From NCBI GenBank assembly GCA_012295275.1, contig CM022670.1, positions 3,472,001-3,536,000 on the forward strand: a stretch of DNA of 64,000 nt. The letters are read 5' to 3'. This document shows positions 53,301 to 64,000 of this stretch, one piece after another (position 1 is the first letter of the stretch; each line of letters begins with the position of its first letter). A model generated the notes under the pieces. That model was not told the DNA's origin, ran no database searches, and saw nothing but the letters and a program-made list of their open reading frames with translations. The position numbers and the translations under genes were made by a program. The DNA is from Chrysomallon squamiferum. Lineage: Eukaryota; Animalia; Mollusca.

Positions 53301-53537
53301 TTCATTAATAATTTAATTCTTCCTTTTTGTTCGTTCGGTCCCTTATTCGGCAGTGATTCATCCATTATTCATTTAATTCAACGGTTCATTCCGTATTCGT
53401 TCATTTAAAGTCCATTCATTCATTTAACATTCATGTCGTCATTTTTTTTATTTTTTTTTTAAAGAATTTTTATATTTAGAAATATATATATGTAAATAAA
53501 AAAATGATTTAAAAAAAAAAAAATGACGAAATGAATG

Positions 53538-53599
<62 letters not shown>

Positions 53600-54820
53600 C
53601 TTGAACTACATACATGTTATCAACCCAGCCGTCATAACAAAATTCACTGTTCATTTATTTTATTCTTAGCTCTTATTTCTTATTTGTCGACCTCTCTGTT
53701 TTCTCAAAAACAAAACAACCAAACTGGACCACCGCTAACTTTTAGATCCTGCTTTAGCTTCGATTGCTAATTAATAATACCTCACCATTTCCTCATACAG
53801 AACCTGCAAAGCGGTGTTAACCCTTGCGCTGACAAGGCTAAACTGTTTTGTGTTACTGTTCATTTGCAAATCATGACACGGGTTAATAAGCACAGGTGAT
53901 ATAGTGTAGGTGTACATTTCTCCTCTGTTGCATCATTTTGTACTGAATGTTGTCCATCTGTTGTGCAGTAACAGATAAAATATATAGATTTTATATTAAA
54001 CAGAAACTTCAATGTGTTGCACCATCAGATGCAATTAATTAACACACCGTCACGTTAAGAATCACTACTAGGTATATATGTAGCTGATTTCGGTGATGCT
54101 GTAGTCGTTGCTGACAATCAGCGTGTCTGAAGCAGGTGTCCGCATGGTTGTAGGGTACAGCAGTGTGTGGTGGTGATGCAATGTTTTGATGGGAGAAGTA
54201 AGTTTATAACTTTATCGTTAGTGTTATGTAATTATCTGGTTTCTTAATTAATTTTTTTTTTTTTTTTTGTATTTGTTTATATATATACATATTTTTTTTT
54301 TTTTCGTTCGTTCATTCTTTATTATTTTTTTTACTTATTTATTTATGACTCAGTAATCGATTAATTAATTTTTTTATTAATTATTTATTCATTAACAAAC
54401 TGATATTGGTTTATAATTGGGAAACGTTTTTGATTTCAGAAACAGTTAACAGTTAATACTGTATACATGCTTTATTTTTTTACGTATTCATTTCACTCTT
54501 TTCTTCAGTATTTACTGTTTTACTTATGCAAAACCTAGAAATGTCTGTGCATAAATTTGTACGTAATTCTAATCCAGTATTTATTTATTTACTTTTCTTA
54601 AGTACGCATAATTATATATTTTACCTTGAACTACATTCTTATTATCTAACCGGAATTAGATAATTAATTTAATGTTTGTTGAAAAAAGAGATGATAATAT
54701 TTGAATATTAGATTATTAGTAAATCTGCGGGATTTGTTTTCGTTTTTTTTTGTTCGATGTTTTTTTTCTTGATCTCGATTCAACAGTTATTTTTGTTTTA
54801 CGTATATCATATATTCTTCT

Positions 54821-54954
<134 letters not shown>

Positions 54955-55299
54955 CTTGCTATCTCTTTTTCTGTTTGTCTATCTCGTTCTCAGTTTAAAT
55001 TTTCGTTGCATTATCTCATTTAGATCAATAAATATAATAGCGTTCTTGACATGCGAGTAAAGATTGTTTCATAGCTGTATATCATTGGATATCCATATTA
55101 ATACTATAACTAACAAAAGCGTCCGACCGTCTGTGCTAAGACAAGCTGTAGCTCAGTGTTTACTCTGCAAGTCAGAGCAGTTGTACGTCCGGGGATTAGT
55201 CTGATTCCTGCCAATACTGCACACCTCGTTTACAAAAGACCACGATGTTTTCTTACTTGTTTATGAAGAAGAGCTCATAAAAAAATATACGTTTCACTA

Positions 55300-55440
55300 T
55301 CTGATAAGGAGTATACGGTCATGTGACATCAGCGGGTTTCCTCCCTCGTTAAATAACATGGATGATATTTAACTACATCATTACGTCGCATAAATGTAGA
55401 TTAGAAATGTGTTCAGTGCGTTGTTAAATAAAATATTATC
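55300..55440 (+). mobile_element. Old SINE 3' fragment
   Basis: cagcgggtttcctccctc...aaatgtgttcagtgcgttgttaaataaaatatt, a tail I recall from a gastropod SINE family. Confidence 0.6.
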
Positions 55441-57119
55441 TACATCTGCCTGTATATCTGGGAAAGACGTAAAGATATTGGCGACGAAACAGGAAAATCT
55501 GGGTTCGTTTCCAAGACTGATATTTTGTCCAAAGTTATAGTGAATGTTTCATAATTTCACTAAACCACTTCAAAGTATATATATATATATATACTTCAAA
55601 GAAATATATACGCACGCATGCACACACACATATATACACAAAAACAAAACTATTCTTGGCTTGCTTTCATCTTTAATATGCGTTTTAAATGGTTCATCGA
55701 CTGACTTAGTTACAAACTAGAAGCGAAATCAATATTTATAGATCATTCAGAATGTATCTAGGTTTATAGTGTGTTATCTGTGACATTTATTTTTGTTCTT
55801 TATCATGTTTTGATGTATAATCAATGCTATATTATTTGTTTGTTTGTTTGTTCTTTCTTTTTTATTTGTTTGTTTGTTCTTTCTTTTTTACTTTGCTGGC
55901 AGATTTAAGGCTAGAATCTGCAGTTTTGATAAAGAGGTAAAAATAACTTACAAATTCACATATCTTACTAATTGGTCATTCACGAGCTTCCTGCAAAATA
56001 AATAAATAAATAAACAGATAAATAAACAAATAAATAAATAAATAAAAACCATCCAACTCAGAACAGCCCTGTTTTAATTGCCGTGTAAGTCTGTCTACCT
56101 TTTCATTTTTTCATTTTCATTTTTTTCTAGACAGGAAATATTTTCATTGACCTCGCTCATTTAAATTGGTTTTTTTTATGATTATTATTATTATTATTAT
56201 TACATTTTTTTTTTTCGCAGCCTTTGAATTGTTTTGATAAAAAAAACTTTTACATTTACAACCATTTTAAAAACAGTCTACTCATTTTCTGCTAGCACCG
56301 GTAAGATTGATTTATTTAAAAAGCTGTTAATTTTAATTTGCGCATCTTGTTCTGAGTGTTTATAGTTGATTCTGACAGACCGTCGCGTGCTATCTCCAGC
56401 AGAAGGCGTACCATAAACTGCAAGACGCTGATAAGCTTGAAACAAGATTAAAGATGAAAGTAACGACATTAAAAGTTTACCTGAGTCCGACTGATAGCCA
56501 CCTCGGTGTTACGCGATACAGCTTTCTTATTTTATTTTTTTTATTGCAAGCAGCCGAGTACCCGTCAACGGAAACTATTAACTGGTTTCGTTTTGAAGAT
56601 GCGCCGTGGAAGAGATACTGTCAACAACCAGATGTGTTTTTGCAGACGACAGCAGCTCAGGCTCGAAATCTTGGTGATTTTATTTCTCCACGTTTTGTTG
56701 TATTAACCAACGCTTGATTAAGTTACTGAATTATAATACTCCGAGTTGCACATAACAACAGGAAAAGACAAATTACACTTTACAGCGGTAAACAAAATCA
56801 TTAATTTCACAAAGCCGTGTATATTATTTCAGTACGTTTTAGGTTTCAAAAACAAAAATTGACTAATGTACCCGATTTATATATAAAAAAACAACAACAA
56901 CAAAAAAAAAACAGATGATTAAGCAAATCTAACTAGATTTTATTAAAGTGAAAAATGCTATAAAATAATACAGAAAGAAATAAATAAATAAAAAAAGAAA
57001 TATAAAAAATAAACAAACCCAAAGTTTATAATGAACGTGTATGGTTAGAATAATATATATTAATTCTTAAATGTTTGATTGGTTTAGATATCACAATTAT
57101 GCCTGCCAATAATCAATAC

Positions 57120-57151
<32 letters not shown>

Positions 57152-58543
57152 TATATAAATAAAGTAAAATAAAATTTAAAGTAAAAAATAAAATACAAAC
57201 TGCAATAATATAACGTTATATATGTATGTATGTTTGTGTAGAAAGGACCAAAAAAAGGAAATATAAAATAATTAGTTAACAAAACAAAAACGAAATGAAT
57301 ACAGCAGGGAAAAAAAAAAAAAAATAATAATAATAAAAATAATAAAACACTTATCTGTTTATATGACCCAGAGTTTGTGCTCGGAATTTTTTTAATTATG
57401 TGGGTGTTTAACGTAAACGACATTTACTCATATCTCTTAACCATTCACTATAACCCTCTGATTAATGTAAAAAAAAAAACACAAGTTACGAAATACGAGA
57501 TTTCTATTCCTATCGTTGATTCATATTCAGCATTCACCTAACACAGAAAACAACCTTTTGTAAAAAAAAAAAAAAGAAAAGAATAATAATAATAAAATGC
57601 CAAACTTAAAGGAGTCCTTCCCTTGAAAACATATTAGTTACGGCCCTAAAATCTAGTAAGCTTAGCTGACAGTCGATGCCCTTGAAGCTGAATTCCACTA
57701 GAAAACTTATTGTTTTTTCTCAGCGCTGCAGCTGAAACCCAACTTAAGAAGGGACAGGATAATATTATGTTCGTGTGCCTCGCTGAAATGTATAAGGAAT
57801 TCAATTCGTTGCTACCATCGCGTGTTCGTTGTATCCACATGAATGGACAAACGTCACTCGACACAGTCTGTTTAGATCATGGAAATGGATGACACGAGTC
57901 AGGCTTCATTTTGCCTTAAAGTATACTTACAGTGTGACCGCTTTTTTCTCTGTGATGTGATAAAACGTTACCGTTCTTTGATTAACGCCAGGTGGGTCTG
58001 TATAGTAAGTTATATATACTAGTATATGTGTAATTATATATATATATGTATGTATGTATGTATGTGCATGTATGAGCATGTATATATACATATATCGGTA
58101 ATTTTTATACAGAGTTTGTGATAATTAACTAACCGTAACATAATCTGTATTTAATAACATCTTCCCTTTACGTATAGACATTTTTATTTCTTACCAGTTA
58201 ATTCTTTTGGTAACAATAGCACTATTTACGTGTACTGCTGTAGGATGGGCAAGTCCTGCATATAAATAACAGAACAAAAAAAGTAACTGACCGTATCAGG
58301 CGAAAACCGAGATATTATTGGTATTTGATGGCTTGTTTGTTACTCCTGTAGTTTGCTACGTCTAATAAATCTTGTCTGCTTTAATAATAAGACCATGAAT
58401 AAAAGAAACACGCCCATATATGCATACACATTTATATATAAAAACAGAAACACACGCATAAATAAACATACATATATACATATACACGGACTTCGCTTCA
58501 CTCCTGACATTGTTATTGCATTAATATTTATTTTGTATCCTGA

Positions 58544-58590
<47 letters not shown>

Positions 58591-58923
58591 AGTGTATGTG
58601 TTTGTTAATATTCTAACACATTTTATTATTAAAGTATCTTCGTCCTTTACATCCCTCGGCCACTTCGTGAGTACGTGAGAGTCTATTTGTGTGCTTTATT
58701 GTTAATGTTAACATTTATATTAATATTATTGTGTGTGTATATGCGTGAATGTGTGTATATATATATATATATATATAAAATGTACTTTTGTTATATGACA
58801 CAATGTTGTTTTCTGAACTATGTTAGGTATTAAAGGAAAATTTTAGTTCGATTTTTCGCATAACTTTCTGCTGAAGTCAGAGGTCATGGTCATAGATATA
58901 CGTTCCTGCATATTTATCTCTGA

Positions 58924-59023
<100 letters not shown>

Positions 59024-60038
59024 GGAATGATAAATTTGATTTGCAAATTCCTTAAACGTAGATTAGCCGTGAAACAAAGTTTTTTAATCTTTGCTTTCCT
59101 TAATCTCTGCAACCAATGACGTTCATTAAACAATTACCTTTCTCTGATTTTGCTTTCCTTGTCATTACGCGCGCTGATAGGATCGTATGTCTGTCTGTGC
59201 GTTTATCTCTTAATACGCGAAGGTTTTGTTCAAATGACGTTTCTATCCAAATGCAAATTGTTTAATGGCTTGTTTAATCATTTGTTTATACACTGCAGAC
59301 TTTGTGTTCGTTTATAAATAGATGTTAATTTACATTCAGTCTGGAGAGTTCATGTGATAAGTACAGTAAATGTTTTAAAAATATGGATCAAAAGTTGTTT
59401 TGGTTTATTTTTTATTTTTAAATGAAGATTATGGCGGGCGTAGTGTTGTTTGTCATTTTTATGCAGTGAAGATAAAAAAATAAAGCATGTTATTGTTATT
59501 TGTGTGTATGTGTGTGTGTGTGTGTGTGTGTGTCTGTCTGTCTGTCTGTCTCTCTATCTATCTCTATCTCTAATTCACATACATTTATGTGAACACTATA
59601 ATTAAAACTTTATTTGCCTTGAAATCATTCATAACCCTAGGATCTCTGACTTTAAAAATGAAGACCAGGTTTGAATGCGCCAAGGCAATCATTATTTTAC
59701 CGTCTTGACATCACCAGAACAGGATTAGCTTGCGTTATTTCATTTATGCGAAAACTATAAAAGGAAATTTTCACTCTCCCTGAATGCTGAGAAACTTATC
59801 TTGAAAGCAAAACAAAATAAACAAGCGAACAGATATATCGTGAGAAGCAGACAAATACGAAATAAAAAAAAAAAAAAATTTGGAGAAAAAAAAAATATAG
59901 ATAAGTATAAATATGGAACAAAACAAATAAAATAAACAGTGACAGAAATAAGCAAACGAATAAATAAACAAACACAAACAAGCAAGCAAACAAACAAACA
60001 AACTAACTAACATCCAAATGAATAAATAACTAAATAAC

Positions 60039-60069
<31 letters not shown>

Positions 60070-60782
60070 ACCCCTTGGTTTTCAGAACCTACGCAGCTGT
60101 TTGGGATTCTGGTCACCGATATACGAGTGTGAGATACCATCCTTCGTATAAACACATATTTTCTGTTTTCTTTCAGAAACGTGCCCTCTCATTGGCGGAC
60201 TGGCTGCTAGCAGGGACAGACATTACGACTCGCTGGGGTTTTTTCATTTATTAAAGTGCCGCATCACCTTTTAATTGATTCCAGTCAAGTGTGGTCTCAT
60301 TCTTCGAGTGAGCGTCGAGAATAAAGAAGACGTGATTTTTTTTTCAAATTCTGGATTTACGTCACGAAAAGAGGATTAATTCCGATTTTTTTTTTTTTTT
60401 TTTTTTTTTTATTGGCTCCTGAGAATGTTAGAAGATTGTGTGGTGTTCTTTTAAAAAATAGTATTATTGTTTTGGTTGGTTTTTTTTTCTTCTTCTTCAT
60501 TTTTTTTCATTTGATGATTGTGAAAGAAAGAATCAAAAAGTGAAAACGAAAAAAAAAAAAAAAAAATAATAATAATAATAATTTTATTCATATGATCACT
60601 TAAAAGACTTGCTTCAAAAGGTCAGAGAGCTGCATTACATTAATTCATTCTGAGGGAAATTACACGAAAATGGCATTTATTATCAAAAAAATCGTGTTTT
60701 TCTTTCTGGATTTACCCTGTGTTCTGACCCGCGGAGACGAGCTGTGTGTGCGACTACACGCACTGCACGTGCTGTAGCTGTG

Positions 60783-60979
60783 ATGGGAATTCTCAGAGAC
60801 CACGCGCAAACTCGTCACTCCATGGAAGGGGACACGACGGCGCCCTGCTTTCTGCACGACGCCCACGACACGTGTCCACGGTGCTCGGAAAACTACGACG
60901 ACAATAACGAACTGACGAATCGGCTGCATGACGTCACATACTGCACACCAGGCGGCAACACGCTGCGTAGTAATACGTG
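60783..60979 (+). CDS. Probable first coding exon of an unidentified gene continuing beyond the window
   Basis: GC- and CpG-rich island in AT-rich surroundings; open frame MGILRDHAQTRHSMEGDTTAPCFLHDAHDTCPRCSENYDDNNELTNRLHDVTYCTPGGNTLRSNT ending at consensus donor TG|gtaagt; strong acceptor ttctgttttctttcag at 60176 could open the 5'UTR. Confidence 0.55.
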
Positions 60980-63149
60980 GTAAGTACTGCGCTTCCGTTC
61001 TTAATTTTTTTTTTTTTTAAATCTGTTTAAAATAATTTTTGGGGTTTTTTGTTAGTTTTCATCCATCTTTCCGTCTAAAACCTCCATCTAAACTGTCCGT
61101 ACATATTTATATATTTTTATTGCATTCTATTCATCTCTTTATTTTTTTTCTCTATATTGATCTGTCTGTTCATCCATGATTCTTTTCTTATTGTATTCAT
61201 CTGTCAGTCATTGTGTCATTCCATCATCCTTCCAATATAATCCATCCACTCATCCATCCATCCATCCATCCATCCAGCCATCCATCCATGCATCCATCTA
61301 TCTGTCCATCCACAGCCCTTCCCTGTTCGTGGCTATCCTTTTATTTTTATTGAATCTAAATGTGTTTCATATCCAGATAACAGAATGCTGTTACAGTAGT
61401 CTTCGTCTGGACTACGCGCAGCAAACTTAACATGGTTTGTTAGGTGTCTGTGAGATTCGTTAAGTGTATCTCAAAATACAAAGCCGTCACAAGGTTTCTA
61501 TTCTAAATACGGTTAAAAAAAACAAAAACAAGGCTTTCCTGCTGTTGCGCTCGAGAGTTAGATAATATCACTAACTTTGGACGATAAAATATCAAATTAA
61601 AGCACGCTTGTCCATTATATTCCAGGAATGTCGAAATGCCAATGGCCTGAATAACGTTAATAAGGCATTCATTTATTGTTCAGTGTTTTTTGCAGCTCAC
61701 AATATATTATTAAATGGGTTTGTTACTAGTTCATTTATTCTTGATATTCTACCTATGAAGTATGAAGTTTGTTTTTAAGTATGATAAATATTTTGTTTTG
61801 TTTTAAAACATTTTATCAAAATAACAACAAGAACAATAACATTGATAACAATAACAGCAACCACGACGACGCCGACGACGATGATGATGATAATAATAAT
61901 TTAACTGGTAGCTTTAAGGAACCAGATTTAAGGTGTACGACCTCTCATTGACTTTCCTCGTAGTAAACTGAACTATTCCAGCTTAAAGAATGTTTCTTGA
62001 TGGTAATTTGAGATGATGATGTATCTCTGGTTATCAGGGGGAGAAAAAAAGTTTTTGTGTTGTTGGGCATCCATCTTAAATATATTTGTCTCTGTATAAC
62101 ACTATACTTATATTAAACCTATAGTACATTCAATATTATAATTCTCTTTATTTGATAAGAATAGCACTGTTTGTGTCGGAATATGATTTGGACGCAGTAA
62201 ATAAAGGAGCCCGTGTTATAAGCATGGCAACTGAATTCCTTAATGTCGTGCCCATATCGTGAAAAAGCACTCAGAAACATTTAGCTACACTTATGAAAGG
62301 AAAGGTCGTTTTCACAGTCCTAGTTTCCACAGTGTTCTGCAATTTGAAGACGAAAATGAAAAAAAATTAATAAATATTTTTATCACAACTCAGTGCATAC
62401 TTATTATTATCAAAATATTAGGTGTCTGTAATTTGTTTTTATATAGTGATGATTTTATGAGAGAGAAAACGTAGGCGACCATTCCCAGTATCTACTGTTA
62501 CTGATTTAGCAGAAAGAAGAATTTTATGTGTTCCTTTACAGAGGGAAGGAGTAACTCATACTTAGGTTTACTGTTGAGTGCTGGGAGACAGACTGAAATG
62601 GGAAACAGTCCAACGAACGCATTCAACCAGAGCTCAGATTATCACTGACAGAGTCTACTGTATTGGCGTAATAACCATCCTTGCCATCGTCTTCTTTTAA
62701 ACATTTACGAATAAATAGAAAAGCTGTGAAAATAAAATACTGGTGTTAATAAAGAATCTCTGCATCTTTCAGTTTCAATCTTTAGACCTCTCTAAAAAGT
62801 ATCTTAATGTTCAGAACGATTTGTTTTGTTATCCGCAGTATACGGCGATGTACTAAACGATCTTTGGAATGAAATTTTAACACTCGGTGAAATAAATAAT
62901 CAACCCACACCGGCGACATTCCTTCACGCCACACACTCAGACCGTTGTACTTAACTGCAGGTATAAAATGCAGGTTAATCAATTATATAAAAATTCCTGA
63001 GGAAATTTAATCTAATCCTGATTGCGAGCAAGTTTCAATTAATGTGCAATTGCACCAAGTTTATTTTTAAAATACATGTACAGTTGAAGGTTTTGTAACA
63101 AGATCTGTACACGAGGGTCGTATAACTCTATACAAAACTTGTCGTCTTT

Positions 63150-63300
63150 CGTGTGATGTGACCCGAGTTCAGTCCTCCTCGGTGGGCCCAGAGCAGTGAC
63201 CCGTGTCACGTGTGTTAAAGGTCGTGGTATGTGTTTTCCTGTCTTTGGAAATATGCATGTAGTATCTCCGTCGTGCTAACTGACATTAGAGAGATACGGG
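63150..63300 (+). mobile_element. Old SINE fragment (head and core)
   Basis: gagttcagtcctcctcggtgggccc...aaaggtcgtggtatgtgttttcctgtctttggaaatatgcatgta...gtgctaa. Confidence 0.6.
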
Positions 63301-63822
63301 GTTAATTACTACTACTAAGACATCTTCGAAAACTTCGTTTATTCATTCAAAATGACTAAATATTTGTAAATCTGGTTTAATGGCATCTTTACAATAGTTC
63401 CAACAAATGTTAGCTGTAGTTTAAATAAATGGTTAAAAGTTTATATAAACAGTGGAAAGTCAATATTCTGATATTTTTTTTTTTTTTTTACGAAGTTTGT
63501 TTGTACAAGATATGTAAAACATGCACATGTTTACAGTTTATTTTGATTTTTTTTTTTTTACTATCATCTTCGTCTTGTTTACTTAATTTTTCTTAGTATA
63601 ATTTTTTTTTTTTTTTTTTTTTTTTTTTCTGTTTTACATTTTTCATATTTTTCATTCTTTCTTGCGTTAATTTTTCTTTCTTTCCTTTTTTCTGGTTTCT
63701 TTGCAATTTCTTATAAATTTTCTTTCTTTCTTTCATATTTTTAAAAAAAATTCTTATTTGCTGGTGCACATGCATACATGCATGTAATTATAAATACATA
63801 CATTCAAACACCCACCCACCCG

Positions 63823-63882
<60 letters not shown>

Positions 63883-64000
63883 GACACGAAACCACACGCA
63901 GACACACACCTGCATTTGCTTTTTTTCCCCCTCTGTGTCTTTTTTCTTTCCCCCCCCAAAAAAATTACTTTTTATCCTGTTCTTATTTATTATTGTTACG

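Overview
AT-rich animal genomic DNA full of microsatellites; the SINE-like repeats suggest a mollusc (inference). It is not prokaryotic and has no CRISPR, rRNA or tRNA gene that I can see. Bases ~1.1-13.3 kb (+ strand, possibly to 15.6 kb) hold the 3' part of a multi-exon anoctamin/TMEM16 gene covering TM1-TM10 and the C-terminus. I reconstructed it by hand from GT-AG junctions with matching phases. The gene shows repeated internal duplication. The TM6-TM7 exon is present in three copies: two are 3'-truncated and one of those is a chimera, and the duplicated upstream splice donors are killed by G>A. The C-terminal exon is present in two diverged in-frame copies. The first exon in the window has an apparent +1 frameshift, and the Ca2+-site residues are atypical. 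An internally deleted Tigger/pogo transposon sits in the second C-terminal duplicate, with its empty site preserved in the first. The gene region is CpG-poor. Beyond ~20-21 kb lies a ~40 kb CpG-richer gene-poor stretch with old SINE fragments and microsatellites, ending in a probable first coding exon of an unidentified gene (60783-60979). Almost all other supplied ORFs are microsatellite artefacts.
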